A stretch of DNA of 64,000 nt, taken from positions 856,924 through 920,923 of the forward strand of contig KV454015.1 in assembly GCA_001661245.1 (NCBI GenBank). The letters are read 5' to 3'. The DNA is from Pachysolen tannophilus NRRL Y-2460 (lineage: Eukaryota). Made by a program: the position numbers and the translations under genes. The notes under the pieces were generated by a model, which worked only from the letters and a program-made list of their open reading frames with translations, searched no databases and was not told the origin of the DNA. How positions within the stretch are numbered: position 1 is the first letter of the stretch; the number at the start of each line of letters is the position of its first letter. Of this stretch, positions 10,431 through 23,862 are shown piece after piece.

Positions 10431-10611
10431 ATTCAATCCTCTAACGAGCTTCTTTTAATTGTAGAAATGTTCTCTTAACCCCAAGCACTCATTCTTTGCT
10501 GTATATATGAAATAAAACAAAAACATAAAAAATAAACACGATTGTTAAAAGTAAATTTTACATCTATCATATTTATTTAATTAAATATTGGATCAAAGTA
10601 GGCAATAGGTA

Positions 10612-11745
10612 ATGGACTTATCAATAGCAGAGAATTTCAATCAGATTAAGAGTTTGAATGAACAGATACTATATGCTATTTTTAAATTGAAAAACAATAA
10701 CGTCGATGAAGAAAATAGGTTGAAATTAGTGAACAAATCGTTGAGTTTAGTCAAAAGTTTCAAAGATTTATTGTTTTTAAACGAATTTAAAATAAACCAA
10801 CTTCCTCATCATGATATCAACTATTTAACACAATTGAGCAAATATAAGGAGGCATTTGATGATTTGAAGATAGAATTAAGAATAGCTCAATTGCAATCAT
10901 ATGAAAATGAAAAACTCCATTTGAATAAACAACGCAATATGTTTTTACAAAACCTGTTTACTACAGGGAATGTCGAAGAATCTTCATTAACTGAAGAAGA
11001 ACTGAGGAATAAGTTATTTCATTATAATCCGGACTCATTTCTGGAGAAAAGAACGCAAGACGAGCTTTTATTGGATAAAAATAAAGAAGTGACGTCTCAG
11101 TTATTCAGGACAAGACAATTAATGGAAGCTTCGTTATTACAATCAGATTTGAATTTGGAAGGTTTTAAAGAATCGACAAGAAGTTTACAGAATTTGAATA
11201 TGAAGTTTGAAAGTTTCAATGATTTTATATCTACTACTAAAAAACTTATCATCACTTTAAATAAATTGAGTTCAAAAGAAAAAATGCAAATAAAATATTC
11301 TTTATGGTTTTTTATTAGCTGTTGTTCATATGTGTTAATTAAACGTCTCTTTGGGTTTACTAGTAAAATCTACTGGTTGATTTCATTACCTTTTAGAATA
11401 ATTTTTTTTCCGCTTCGTTTTTTGCTTTGGATTTTAAGATTTTTCATATCCACAAGATCGTCATTGAACGAACCGCTCACGGAGGCTATTGATAATTTTG
11501 ATAACTTCCTTGAGTTAACTAATGACGTTATAATGCAAGCTACAAATACAGTGACAAATGTATTAACTGATGCTACAATGACAGTTAGTGATGTTGTGAT
11601 AGAAACGTTGTCTAGTGCATCTTCAACAGGTAGTGAATTTGATGGATTAAATGAGTCATTAAGCTCAATTTTATATGGGGATGCTACTGGTACAACAAGT
11701 AAAATAATCAGTAAAGCCACAGGAAGAATTGTAGATGAACTCTAA
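10612..11745 (+). CDS. SEC20: ER SNARE Sec20
   Basis: Coiled-coil SNARE-like region, transmembrane segment (FFISCCSYVLIKRL), Thr/Ser-rich lumenal tail and C-terminal VDEL. Confidence 0.8.
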   Translation: MDLSIAENFNQIKSLNEQILYAIFKLKNNNVDEENRLKLVNKSLSLVKSFKDLLFLNEFKINQLPHHDINYLTQLSKYKEAFDDLKIELRIAQLQSYENEKLHLNKQRNMFLQNLFTTGNVEESSLTEEELRNKLFHYNPDSFLEKRTQDELLLDKNKEVTSQLFRTRQLMEASLLQSDLNLEGFKESTRSLQNLNMKFESFNDFISTTKKLIITLNKLSSKEKMQIKYSLWFFISCCSYVLIKRLFGFTSKIYWLISLPFRIIFFPLRFLLWILRFFISTRSSLNEPLTEAIDNFDNFLELTNDVIMQATNTVTNVLTDATMTVSDVVIETLSSASSTGSEFDGLNESLSSILYGDATGTTSKIISKATGRIVDEL

Positions 11746-11895
11746 GGTCTAAAAGGGCAATAATCATTTATCTGACGGATGTTTGACATCAAAGCAGGAG
11801 CTGGTCGCATTGTATATATTTTAAAAACAAACTAGCTGTATCTTCTGTTAAATAAAAATGTATTAAACTCTATCGAAATTATTTCTAAAAAAAAT

Positions 11896-13962
11896 TCACT
11901 CGGGTTGATAAGCATCAACCAACATTTTGAAATGCTCTTTTTCCTGAATCGCCAACTTTGAATCCATTAAAGACAAGCTAGTGTAAACTAAGTAATAGTT
12001 ATTGTATAAGAATAATTCTTTTTTATTGGATTCATTTTTTTTGTTGATTAGATTGTTTAGCTTGTTCAATACAATTTCAAAATCATTAGTCAATCGTTGG
12101 ATACTACTGCTTATTGGTTCAGTCAATGCTGTTTCAGAGACAGAATTAGTCGTCAAATTTAATAATCCTGTTAAGTATTTTGCAAATTGTTGTGTAAGGG
12201 GAACAGGTATTATACGAGAACTATCATTTCCTGGTAATAATGAAGATTTCTTGGTAAGTACTTTTTTCATATTTTCACAATTCAAATCTACCAATTTTTG
12301 AAACTTTGGCCATAATTCAATCATTTGGAGATTTAAATAATCTTCCATTATTGGAATTCTCCTATGTTGTAATTCAAACTCAAAACTCTGAGATAATCTA
12401 ATGCAAATCAATATACCATATGAATCATATGAATCACTAATGAGGTACTTGGTATAATCGATACCCAATTTAAAAGTCTTGTCAAATATATTATTACAAA
12501 TATCATTTTGTTCACCATTCTGTAATTTAAAAAATTCACCTAAAAATAAATATTCGACACATACATTGTCTAATAAGGCTAGGTTGAAATTCTTGAAACT
12601 AAATTCCATCCAATATGTAAGCTGGTTATTTTCAGCAATTTGTGCTAATATAACAGTGGGATCAACTGTAGTTATTATGGAGCCTCTATCGCCGAGGTTC
12701 AAATATTCATTGAGTAAAATCGGTCTTGATGATCCAGATGCATGGAAGTTATTAGCAGCATTGTCATTATTTGATGTATTAATACTATTCGGGTGTAATC
12801 TATTTGAACTTGAATTAAATAATTTGAAAGAATTCCCATTATTTGTAGAGCTGCTAACTAGATCCTCGTTGCTATTTCCCAATAGCATATGCTTTCCGAT
12901 TTGATGTATATTAAGCCTTTCTAAAGAGTATAGATATTTTGTAAAATAAGAATGATAAAACCATTTCATGGTATTTATATAAGCTTGTCTTAATTCCAAA
13001 GCCAATTCTTTATGATGAATTAAGAGAAATGAATAAATCTCTTCAACTTCTAATAAATGTTGTTGTATCACTTGTGATGGTACTCCACTGGCTCTTAATA
13101 GTTTGACTTGATTTACCATGTAATTTCTTATTCTTTCGATACATTTTAGTATTAATTTTTCCACAATCAGTGAAAGTTCTTTTATTGAAGTTAAGTTTGT
13201 CTCTTCATTTGATTGATATTTTGAATATATTTCTTTCTTTTCAGCAATAAATTTTAAATTTTCACACCATTTCAGATCAATTCTATCGTTTAAGATAGAT
13301 TTTACTACATCTGGTGGAATAATCAAATCATTAATTATTGGAGTCAATTTTTTTTCAATCAATTTTTTATCTTTAATTTCATCATCCAAGGTATTAGATT
13401 TTTTCTGTAAAAATTCCATCTCTTTAGAAAGTTTTGATAAATTTTTTTCAAAATTCCCAAGATAATCTCTTAATGGTTTTAAAAATCTTCTAGATTCAGT
13501 TAAAGTCTCATGATAAGAAATAAAATTATCTAACCCATCAATATAGGCTGTTTGTGAACCATATTTACTATCCAACCAAGTATTGTCCGAAATTGAATTT
13601 GGGTTACTTGTTCTTATTTTAATATTGCTCAAATGTTTTTTCAAATCTTCCTCTTTTTTTTCACTTCTTCTTGTTTCTTCATCTGAATTTTCAACAAATT
13701 GCTGCAACGATTGCAAATCAATATATTTTCTCTTCTCACCATTCTCACCATTCTCACCATTTTCGCCATTCTCATTGGCCTCCTTCACTTCAATATCATC
13801 TGATGAATTCAATATCTTCTTCAAGATTGAAATACTAGATTCATGTTCCATCTTATCATCCATATGTTTTGAAATCGACCGCCTCGATAATCTATGCTTA
13901 TGTGGTATTTCTGGTTGTGACTTATTATCATCATTCTTCATCCTAGACATAGTCCCAATCAT
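11896..13962 (-). CDS. VPS52: GARP complex subunit Vps52
   Basis: DLIIPPDVVKSIL, AYINTMKWFY, LLDNVCVEYLF and DSYGILICIRL...ELQHRRIP motifs of the Vps52/Sac2 family. Confidence 0.9.
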   Translation of the reverse strand: MIGTMSRMKNDDNKSQPEIPHKHRLSRRSISKHMDDKMEHESSISILKKILNSSDDIEVKEANENGENGENGENGEKRKYIDLQSLQQFVENSDEETRRSEKKEEDLKKHLSNIKIRTSNPNSISDNTWLDSKYGSQTAYIDGLDNFISYHETLTESRRFLKPLRDYLGNFEKNLSKLSKEMEFLQKKSNTLDDEIKDKKLIEKKLTPIINDLIIPPDVVKSILNDRIDLKWCENLKFIAEKKEIYSKYQSNEETNLTSIKELSLIVEKLILKCIERIRNYMVNQVKLLRASGVPSQVIQQHLLEVEEIYSFLLIHHKELALELRQAYINTMKWFYHSYFTKYLYSLERLNIHQIGKHMLLGNSNEDLVSSSTNNGNSFKLFNSSSNRLHPNSINTSNNDNAANNFHASGSSRPILLNEYLNLGDRGSIITTVDPTVILAQIAENNQLTYWMEFSFKNFNLALLDNVCVEYLFLGEFFKLQNGEQNDICNNIFDKTFKLGIDYTKYLISDSYDSYGILICIRLSQSFEFELQHRRIPIMEDYLNLQMIELWPKFQKLVDLNCENMKKVLTKKSSLLPGNDSSRIIPVPLTQQFAKYLTGLLNLTTNSVSETALTEPISSSIQRLTNDFEIVLNKLNNLINKKNESNKKELFLYNNYYLVYTSLSLMDSKLAIQEKEHFKMLVDAYQPE

Positions 13963-14161
13963 CTTCCCACTCTTTAATCAATTCAATGCTCAATTCAATG
14001 CTCAATTCACTGCTGAATTCTTCAATTCAATTATATACAAATATTACTTTTAAAACTTTGGTTTGTTATTTTATTTATTAAAAAGGTTTTTTATTTTATT
14101 TTGTATACACTTTGTTACTATTTCTATTCACGACTATTTTTCTTTTCTTTTCTTTTCGGTT

Positions 14162-15154
14162 TCATTGACAACTCAATTGACTTAACATTCCAGCTAATTG
14201 GATATAGGTTCCGACACCTTCTAAGATTCTTAGATGTGTTAGGCCGATGATCTTGATGATTTCCAACTTGAGGGATTCGTTTATATCCAAGTTTTTGGAG
14301 ACTTTAAAACTTGTAGTTATCAAATCTACAGCACTGTAACCTTTCAGCCATAGACTATCTAATAATTGCAAAGATTTATTCAAATCTTTATCAACTGCAT
14401 TCAACAACATTTTCTTGACAATTAGAGGGTGAGGAGAATCAACAATCTTGTAAACGTTATCGCCAGTGACGAATTTAAAACCTGCTACTGTAGATTGTAA
14501 ATTATTGATTGCTTGTCTCATATCTCCTTCAGCAGTGAATAATAATGCTTCTAATCCATCATTTGTATATTCAATATTTTCCATTTTTATAATTTCTAAT
14601 AATCTTTTTAAGACTTGTTCATCATATAATTTTGTATATCTTAGGATTGCACATCTTGACTGTAATGGTTCAATTATTTTACTAGATATATTACATGCAA
14701 ATGCAAATCTTGTTGTATTTGAATAAATTTCCATTGTTCTTCTTAAAGCTTGTTGAGCTCCAGGTGTCATAGAATCTGCTTCATCCAATATTATTATCTT
14801 GTGTCTCCCCAGTGGAAGTGAAACTTTTTTTTGAGCGAATTGTTTAATCCTATTTCTAATCACTTCTATACCCCTATCATCAGAAGCATTCAATTCCAAT
14901 ACTGCATCATTATAATATTTCCCTAATAATTCCCTAGCAAGACAAAGAATAGAAGTGGTCTTACCAATACCAGGTAACCCACTAATGATTAAATGTGGCA
15001 TGTTACCATCTTTTGCAATCATTTTTAACCGTTCAATAGTTTCTTCATTTCCAACTATATCGTCCAAAATATGAGGACGATATTTCTCAACTAGCGGCAA
15101 GTCCAATGTTAACGGAGCCTTGATTTTTTTATCATCATCATCTACCATCTTCAT
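14162..15154 (-). CDS. RFC4: Replication factor C small subunit
   Basis: [34 protein letters not shown] and SRC motifs. Start at ATG 15154 or 15148. Confidence 0.92.
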   Translation of the reverse strand: MKMVDDDDKKIKAPLTLDLPLVEKYRPHILDDIVGNEETIERLKMIAKDGNMPHLIISGLPGIGKTTSILCLARELLGKYYNDAVLELNASDDRGIEVIRNRIKQFAQKKVSLPLGRHKIIILDEADSMTPGAQQALRRTMEIYSNTTRFAFACNISSKIIEPLQSRCAILRYTKLYDEQVLKRLLEIIKMENIEYTNDGLEALLFTAEGDMRQAINNLQSTVAGFKFVTGDNVYKIVDSPHPLIVKKMLLNAVDKDLNKSLQLLDSLWLKGYSAVDLITTSFKVSKNLDINESLKLEIIKIIGLTHLRILEGVGTYIQLAGMLSQLSCQ

Positions 15155-15241
15155 CCATCTATAGTTGCTAGAATAGATCAAAAAATTATGAAAAGAAAAT
15201 GGCTAAAAATAATAATTGAAATGTTTAATTGTATTTTATAA

Positions 15242-15247
15242 ACGCGT
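15242..15247. promoter_or_regulatory. MCB element
   Basis: ACGCGT about 90 bp upstream of RFC4, as expected for a G1/S replication gene. Confidence 0.55.
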
Positions 15248-15428
15248 TTTGAAAAATTCTTAGTTGAGTTGAAAAAAAAAAAAAAAAATAAAAGAGGTGA
15301 AGAATAATAAATACTATATAATATTTTATATTTTTACAGATTTATATATTTGAACTTGTGTTTCTTGTCACTGGATAATAGGAGACTGAGATTGGAATAA
15401 TATAATTAGCTTGGATATTTATTTGATA

Positions 15429-16148
15429 ATGGCTGAAAAGTTGGTAAAAATTTGTGGGTTGAAAACTGTAGAGGCAGCTGAGTGTGCTATTAGTAATGGT
15501 GCAAATTTATTGGGAGTCATACTAGTGCCCAATAGATCAAGAACTGTTGATGATGCTACAGCTAGAGAAATATCTAGAATAGCTAAATCACATCAAAGAA
15601 TTAGTTCTAAAGAGTTGATCGCTAAGATAGAAGAGATAAAGGTTACTGAGAAAGATTATGATAAATGGTTTGATAAAATGGTTGAACTTATTATTGCGAA
15701 TGGTCCATATTTAGTTGGAGTTTTCAGAAATCAAAGTATTGATGAAGTAAATTCCAAGATAGAAAAACTGGATTTAGATTTTGTTCAACTACATGGTTCA
15801 GAGGATTTCGATGAATATATAAATAATATAGAAGTTCCAGTGATAACACGATATGTATTAGATTCACCCAAATTATTGAAATCATTAGAACCTAAGAAAC
15901 ATATTTTAACTTTATTAGATTCTGAAGCTGGAGGTGAAGGTATAAAATTAAACTGGGAACAAGTTGATGAATTTGGGAAAACTGAAAATGCTAGGTATAT
16001 ATTAGCTGGAGGTTTAAATCCTGAAAATATTCATGAAGCTATAAATTTAAATGGTTGTGTAGGTGTTGATGTTTCTGGTGGAGTTGAGACAAATGGTATG
16101 AAAGATTTAGCAAAAATTAAGAAATTTTTAGAGAATGCTAGAAATTGA
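15429..16148 (+). CDS. TRP1: Phosphoribosylanthranilate isomerase
   Basis: VKICGL, VGVFRNQ, VQLHG, LAGGLNPEN and GVDVSGGVET motifs. ATG at 15429. Confidence 0.95.
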   Translation: MAEKLVKICGLKTVEAAECAISNGANLLGVILVPNRSRTVDDATAREISRIAKSHQRISSKELIAKIEEIKVTEKDYDKWFDKMVELIIANGPYLVGVFRNQSIDEVNSKIEKLDLDFVQLHGSEDFDEYINNIEVPVITRYVLDSPKLLKSLEPKKHILTLLDSEAGGEGIKLNWEQVDEFGKTENARYILAGGLNPENIHEAINLNGCVGVDVSGGVETNGMKDLAKIKKFLENARN

Positions 16149-16270
16149 ATGAACAATACTAAATAATTTTGTATTATAGAAATAAAAAAAAAAAAAATAA
16201 AGAGTATATATTTCATATATATAAATGTCAAGCGCAAGCAAAATTTGCAAAACTATGAGAGTACATTTAT

Positions 16271-17146
16271 TTAAGCAGTAGCAGCACCTGAAATGAAGAA
16301 CCATTTATCAATAGACTTATCAATTGGAGCTGGTGGTAATGGTGAAGCTTTTGGAATCTCATTAGCAACAGCTGATGAATAAGATGGTGTATTTTGTAAA
16401 GTAGTATTACTCAAGTCAATACCTTTTGAATCAACTTTACCAGCAATTAAATTTTCCCAAGCTTCTCTACATTCAGCAATGACTTCTTCAGCATATTTTT
16501 TATTTTTACATTCACCACTAAAAGCAAATTGATTTTCTGGTTTACCATCTGGGAACTTGTAAATTCTAAACCATTCATTAGTGGCTCTTAATAAACCTGG
16601 CAAATGTCTTTCAACATCTTCAACATCGTTTAATTTTGGAGCCAATGGATCATTAACATCTATAACTATAACTTTCCAATCAGTTTCACCTTCATCCAAC
16701 AAGGCCATAACACCAAGTACTTTTACTTGTTTAACTTGTCCAGTGTAACCAACTGTTTCACCAATCTCACAAACATCCAATGGATCATTATCACCTTTAG
16801 CTTTAGTTTCCGGATGGACGGAATTTGGATCCTCCCAAGTTTGTGGGAATGCACCATAATTATGAATATAACCATGATGTGGAAAACAATTTCTAACAAA
16901 TCTCAATTTACCCTTCTTAGTATCTTGAATAATTGGATTTAATTTTTGTTCTTTAGAAATTTCCATTTTAGCGTTAGTCCATCTTGGAATTTCAACAATC
17001 ATATTTAAAATTTTTTTAGATTCATCCGCATAAAGAGGGATATCATGGAAAGGAGAAACTGGTTTACCATTTTCTTCAATATAAACTTTATAGTCTAAGG
17101 TGTTGGCAGCACCAATTTGACGAATTGAATAAGGTGATGATGACAT
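16271..17146 (-). CDS. IPP1: Cytoplasmic inorganic pyrophosphatase
   Basis: [14 protein letters not shown] and [10 protein letters not shown] motifs; convergent with TRP1 as in other yeasts. Confidence 0.96.
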   Translation of the reverse strand: MSSSPYSIRQIGAANTLDYKVYIEENGKPVSPFHDIPLYADESKKILNMIVEIPRWTNAKMEISKEQKLNPIIQDTKKGKLRFVRNCFPHHGYIHNYGAFPQTWEDPNSVHPETKAKGDNDPLDVCEIGETVGYTGQVKQVKVLGVMALLDEGETDWKVIVIDVNDPLAPKLNDVEDVERHLPGLLRATNEWFRIYKFPDGKPENQFAFSGECKNKKYAEEVIAECREAWENLIAGKVDSKGIDLSNTTLQNTPSYSSAVANEIPKASPLPPAPIDKSIDKWFFISGAATA

Positions 17147-17764
17147 TCTTTAAATAAAATCTTGATTTATCGTATTAATTTAATTTAATTATTAATTGAT
17201 TAAACAATTTATATTTAATTTTTATTGAAAAATAATGAAAATATGGAAAACAGCGAGAAAGAAAGTAGAAAAATGACAAAATATTTTTTGTTCACTTAAA
17301 ATTTTGGAAAAAAAATCAAAAAAGGATATTTAAGATTGAGGACACGACCCAGTTTTAATTCCAGATTATTTTTTGAACTATAAGAAGAAGATGATGATGA
17401 TGGGGTGGTAGGTCTTTTTAGAACTTGATCAATAATTTTCACAATTGTGTATATGTGTAGCTTGATCTGTGAATTCTTCCAATATTTATTGTGAAGACTA
17501 TGTATAAAAGCAATATTAATCAAAAATAATAAAAATAATAATAAGAGACTCGGAACAAGAAAAAAAAAAGAAAAAAGAAGGAAGGAACAAATATAGATAA
17601 AAAAAAAGAAAAAACAGCAAGATAATATTAATAAAGACCAGGAGTATCATATAATTTACAATAAAACAAGAAAAAAACGCCTAAATCAAAAATGAGGCAT
17701 CTATTATTAACCAAGAGACTGAAAAGAAAAAAAAAATAAGTAAAGTCTTTCCCATGTATCTAAA

Positions 17765-20730
17765 CTAAAGTTTGATTGCTTCCTCGTAATCAGGTGGAGG
17801 ACCAGTATATTCAATCTTACCCTTTTCATCAATCAGAGCATTCTCATCAGTTACAAACACACCATTTTCTTTTGCTTTTTCGATTTGAATAGTGGATAGT
17901 CCTAAATTGTCTCTTGGGACCCAGATTTGTGGTTCTGGGTCTGAAAATGCTGGGTTGACATAGGCATTTTGAGACAAGTAAGCTTCATCGTATTTAACTG
18001 TGGTGTTCAAAACATTTGGTAAGATACTTCTTAATTCTTGTAAACTAAAACTAATTCTTGGATGGAAATAAGCATAGAACCAAGCCTTATTTGTAGGAAG
18101 AGATGACAAGAGACCTTGTTTTTCACCAAGTTGTTTTTCTTCATCATCTCTATTGGTTTGTAGGCCTTGATCCAGAGTTTCATCAACAGAAAGAGTAGCA
18201 GAACGATCATTTTGTTTCAAATTAGTAGTACTACCAAAATCTTTAGGATCATGTAAGCTAGAATTATAGGTTTCATTAGTAATAGATCCAACAGATGTTC
18301 TTCTTCTTCCATCAAGAACAACACCAGCAGAATTTTCTTGTTTGATTTCAGAAGGTGGATAGTCACTAACAGCCGGTAAGGTAACAGTGCCTTGATCTGA
18401 TTCCAGTACTTCTGAATTGTTGCGTTGTTGTTGTTGTTCCTGTCCATGGATAGCAGAGTTATCAACTGCAGGGTTACCTGAGGCTGTATTGAAAGGATTG
18501 AGCTTCTCACCATCACGCTCCTTTTCTTGATCATCAGATTCGGCACTACCAATAGATGTTTGATCAACAAAGAATGATCTACCAGTTTCTTTAATTTCAT
18601 GATATCCTTGATCCTTCATTGAATAAGAACCCAGAGGTAAGGATCCATCCATTTCTCTAATAGCACTAATAGGAACAGCTTCACATAATTCAAGGAATGT
18701 TCTCTTATAATAAATATGTGCCACAACAGTTCCAGCTAAAAATACAGCTTCAAGTACAACTGGACCCCAAGTCTTTGCCATAACAAACAAACCGATAAGA
18801 CAAATTTCTGCCAAGTATAAACCAACAAATGTTTGGAATAATGCTCTAGGGTAATTTCTACCACGAGCATCAACTGAGAAATCCATAACATAAGCTAAAT
18901 TATACAAGAATGCAACATAAATTAAAAAGAAAGCAACTCCTGCAAAAGCAATAATAATTGGAGAGATTATAGCATAACAAAGTAAGATAACAGCCAATAA
19001 TTGATATATTGGATATATGGTTCCCCAACCTGGAGTTGCTAACTTGTAATATCTAGTCCACTTCTTTCTTGGAGTTCCATCCAAGATTTTACCCAAAAAT
19101 TGTGCCAAGATTAATGGAACAATTTGTGCCAATGCACCTGATGAAACGGATAAACCTTGTAAAAGAATATAGGTTATATAGAAATTTGAAGCTTTAGGTA
19201 AATTTGCAGCCAACAATGTCATTGCAGATGATGGTTCATCAATAATTTGTGTAACGGATGAAGTTGCTGCAGAAGCTAATGTGGTAACTAAAAATACTTG
19301 AACAACTTGAAATCCAAAATACCAATTTTGAGTCCATGCTTCAACTTCTTGAAGAGTCATACATCCACCAATCTTACCCATTTTTCTTATAAATGGTGGT
19401 AAGAGTGCCATCAAAAGAGCTAATAAGATAGTTGGCAATAATGCAGTGATAATACCCATTAATACACTTGGCATATTTTCAATAAATTTCAAAAATGGAA
19501 CTTTTGTAGTCAAATAATTGATATTCGAAATACAACCAACAACTGCAACTGGGAAACTCCAAAAGATAATTGTTAAAGATAAAATGGTTTTAGCTAAAGT
19601 TTCTTTAGATTTTCTAACAGCAAAACTTACACCCATATTTTCCCAAACAATATCATCTGGTGAAGCATCTATAATTCTTCTACAAAATTTCAAATCTTTT
19701 GCAAATGGTACAGCTTGATAAGCTCTTTGAGCTTCCAATTGAGTTGGGAATTCAATAAATGCAGAGCCGACTTTTTCAGCATTATCAAAATCCTCTTGTG
19801 ATTCTTTTATATCTTTATTCAATTCACCTAAACGTGTTGGAGCATAATCTAAAGTTTTAACTTTTTTACCAATAATTGGTTTTAACTTATGAGATGGAAG
19901 CTTTTTTTCAGGGATATAAGCAATCAATTCATCTTCTGGACTTGGAGTTGGTTTATTTTTTTTAATACATTTTGCTCTTAATTTAACAGATTTCTTAATT
20001 ACTTTATTTAAAGCAGCTTCATATTTTTTTGCTAATTTAGTTCTTTCTTTAACCAATTTTTGTAATTCTTTTGCATCCCTACAATACCATATTTTAAAAG
20101 CTGCAGGAAATAATGATCTTAATCTAGATTCATCTTGATAAGATTCTGGTAAATTAGTTAAAAGCATTGTTCTTGAACTTAATAACGAGTCATAAAGTGG
20201 AGTTGATTGTAAAGTATGTCTAAAAGAGACATAATAAATCAATTCTCTATAAATGACATAAATTGTTGTTCCAAAAAAATACCATGATAAGAAAACATGA
20301 GCATAAAACCGATTTTTATTTTTAACATTAGAATAACTGATAATATCAAAACCTTGTTCACCATTACCATTTGTTGCATTTACTGGGAAAAGTACAATCC
20401 AAACCAATATACCTCCAACAGCGGAAATTGCTGTAAATATAAATAAATAACGTAAAAAAAAATATCCATCCACACCAACTTGTTGAATGATATAACTTTG
20501 TGGTTTATTTAACAATTGTACGAACCATCCAAAAGCGCCCTTGGATTGAGGTTCAGGTCTTCTTTGTTCAGGAACTGTATCAACAGTATAACGAGGTTGA
20601 TAAACCCTAGATTGTTTTGGTCTTAACAGTATGAAAATCAATAAAAAAATTAAAAAATAACACCATTAAAAATCAATGTTGTAACAAAAGCAGAAACTGA
20701 TGAACCTGTCAGAGTTGTTGAAGAACTCAT
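17765..20730 (-). CDS. PHM7: OSCA/TMEM63 (CSC1/RSN1 family) membrane channel, with an apparent 1-nt frameshift near the 5' end
   Basis: LRPK..RVY.PR, DGYFFLRYL, LPKASNFYI and C-terminal GPPPDYE. ATG 20730 gives MSSSTT..SSVSAFVTTLIFNG and joins the main ORF if one T is added in the run at 20652-20657. Confidence 0.8.
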
Positions 20731-20798
20731 CTTGATCTAATTATTTTGAAAAAAATAATTAAAAAAGAAAAAGTTTAGCAATCTTAATCTAATTCAAA

Positions 20799-20835
<37 letters not shown>

Positions 20836-22257
20836 TCAATAAAGATCAATTTTTCTTTCTTAAAAAATTCAATTGATTAAATAAAAAAATTTTAATTTAA
20901 TAATAAAAGCAAGTTTAAAAACAACATTTATCAGTTTTAATAACTTTCTATATTTCGTCACATTGGAGGGGGTGGGAAGTGGGATTGCTGATTCATTTTA
21001 TAGTTTTGAGCAATTCCACTCTTTTTCTTTTTTTCTTTTCTTTCTTTTCTTACTATTTTGCATTAAAGACAAACACTGCAACTTCCTAATTAAGTAAGGG
21101 CACAGAATAAGGCTGTTCCCGCCAAGCAGAAAAAAACAAGGGGGAGTAGTGGAAATAAAATACACTAGTTAATTATTTATTATTACAATTATTAACATAA
21201 AAATTGTTGTAGAGTCAGCGTTAACTATATAAGCTTGAAATGCACAAACTCTTATATTTGAAAACAGAAAAACAAGATACAGATTTCAAATAATCTTGTA
21301 GGTTTGACTAGAAGAAAAGAAAAGTAAAAAAAAAAAAAATTTTTCCTGTTTCTTTAGTTATTTTAAATTTATCCCATCGTACTTAACGTAATGTAGTACA
21401 TGTTAGTTATAATTACTGTATTAGCAAAGAAAAATTATTATAATGCATATGATGCATGGAAGTGAAGTTAGGTGAAGCATTTTTTTTTTTTTTTTTATTT
21501 TTTATTTTTTTGTTCTTCTTTAAACGCTATTATTATTTTTTTATAATATTACTGTAATGCTTGTTTTTCCATTTAAGTCACTCATGACGACAGAGAAGCA
21601 AAAGCAAAGACAAACGCAAAATCAAAATTAATTGTAATAAAAGATAAAGATAAAGATAAAGATAAAAGAGTCCCGGGGGGTTATAACAATGCCGCGACTA
21701 TCAAGACCAAACTTTTAGTGCGTATACTTTTAGTTACGTATTTATTAAAATGATCGACGGAAAAAAAAAAAAACAGATTACGTAATAGGGTCTGAGACAT
21801 AATTGTAAATTCTCTGCGCCTGTTCACGATGTGCAGCATCATGTTTGTTTCTTCAGTTTAATTAATAGTGAATAAGTAAGTGAGTGTAAAAAAAAACAAA
21901 AAACAAAAAACAAAATTATTAGTTTTGTTCTCATTTGCACTACTATTAGAAATTGGTTTTTGTTGAAAAAAAAGCAAAAAAACAAAATCTGCCAATTATT
22001 ATTTTTTTTTATATCATTCCACGTGTCAGCGATGACGGTTTTAATTTTTTTTATTTTTTATTAATTTTTATTAGGAAAAATAGACTGAAAGACGGTTCAG
22101 GCCATAAATTAAATTTACGCAATAAGATAAAATAAATAAATAAATAAATAAATAAAATAAAATAAAATAAAATAAATATATATATAAAATTTTTTCGTTG
22201 GGTCTAAATGAGAAGAATAAGACGCATATATATGTTTAAAAACGCCAATATTTTAGG

Positions 22258-23561
22258 ATGAAAGTATGTATATTGTGTTGTTTGGTTTAACCGCTGTTAC
22301 ACTTTTTTTTTTTTTTTTTTTTTTTTAATACTGTTACCGCTTAATTGTTATGGATAATAATGATATTGGAAATTGAAAGAAAGAATTGAGTTTTATTAAC
22401 ATTTTTTTTTTTTTTGTTTTGATAAAAATTTAATAGTTTATCGATGAATTTGATATAGAATTGGTTAATCAAAATTTAACTTTTGATACCACTGAAAGTC
22501 ATATTGAAGGCTCTATAGATTTGTTTACAACAAAGCCAATTGGTTCAGATAGAAAATTGTATAAATCAATTGATAAGCATATTGATAATTTATTATTAGA
22601 AAATAATTCAAATTATTTACTGGGGAATAATAATGTGCCTGTGATGTCTTCAATGTCGCCGCCTTTGAATAATAATGGCGGCGGTGGCAGTGGCAGTGGC
22701 AGTGGTAACGAAACCGATGGTAATGGCGGAAGCGGTAACGGCGGTGCTAATAACTTAAAGATTAGATCTTTCTCCACTTCCAATGTTTCCCATAAACCTG
22801 TCTTGATACAGTTGCAACAAAAATCTGCAATAAATTCCTTGAGTAAATCTTTCCAAAATGACAATATTAATCAAAATATTATTAATAACAACAACAACAA
22901 CAACAATAATAATAATAATAATTTATGGCACAATTCTCCAAATGATGTTGTTGTTAAAAGAGGAAATGATAATGATAATCAGGATACTTCTTTGGCAGTG
23001 ATAGATGAAGAAAGCCCCTTTGGACCTTTAACAAAGACAACAAGTAGAAGAACTTTTGCTTATTTGATTGGAATATTAAATACATGTTACCCAGATCACG
23101 ATTTCTCACAGTTAAATCCAGATTATTTCACTCTTTTATCTTCAACTCAATTCTTATTAAATAAAGTTAACAGCTTATTATTATCATTGGGGAAAACAGA
23201 TCAGGATATAAATTGGATTTGGGATGTGATAAATGGTCACATGGATTTGAATGAATGTGTTTGTTATGAATTTGATTCGGAATTTTTAAAAGAAGAAATT
23301 TTTAATAATGAAGGAATATTATGGTGTAATTGTTATTTTATTTATAATAAAAAAAGGAAAAGAGTTGCTTTTTTACAATTAAAATCAATTTTCTTGCAAA
23401 GAAGACCTTCATTCTTATTGGCAGACAGTAGCAGTGGTAAGAAAAAAGATTATTTAATAAATAATAGCGAAAATGAATATGACTTAACAGTGGAAGATGG
23501 TGATGAAGATGCCATTATGGATGAAGCCGATGATGACGTTGTGGGAGATTTAGAATTCTAA
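22258..23561 (+). CDS. MAF1: RNA polymerase III repressor Maf1, 2 exons (~376 aa)
   Basis: Exon 1 is ATGAAA (22258-22263); intron 22264-22436 (GTATGT...TATTAAC...TAG). Spliced start MKFIDEFDIELVNQ; motifs DRKLYK, YPDHDFS and YNKKRKRV. Confidence 0.93.
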
Positions 23562-23862
23562 ATTCAAACTCAATCTAAAAACCCCTATAATGATACCGAT
23601 AATTATTTTATATACTACCCTTTCCATATGAATAGGGTATTTATATTATCTATATACATATATACATTATACATATATACTTATGTTACCTTTTTACCTT
23701 TTTTTTTTTTTTTTTTTTTGTTTTGCCTATTTTACGATTAAATTAATTTTGGAGTTAATATTTTGTTCACGATTATTTTATTATTCATTTCTAATGGTGT
23801 TTTAATATGTCACATTTATTTATTTATGCAAAATTAATAATACAATTTGGTTTGATTTGTTT

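Noticed and set aside
13980..14024. 12-bp tandem repeat ATTCAATGCTCA upstream of VPS52
   Set aside because: It is a short slippage repeat with no recognisable function.
22020..22025. CACGTG as a Pho4 site for PHM7
   Set aside because: It is a single hexamer 1.3 kb from PHM7 and closer to MAF1, indistinguishable from chance.
20731..22257. tRNA or snoRNA in long intergenic regions
   Set aside because: No cloverleaf, A/B box or convincing C/D box pair was recognised; a covariance-model search would be needed to exclude them.
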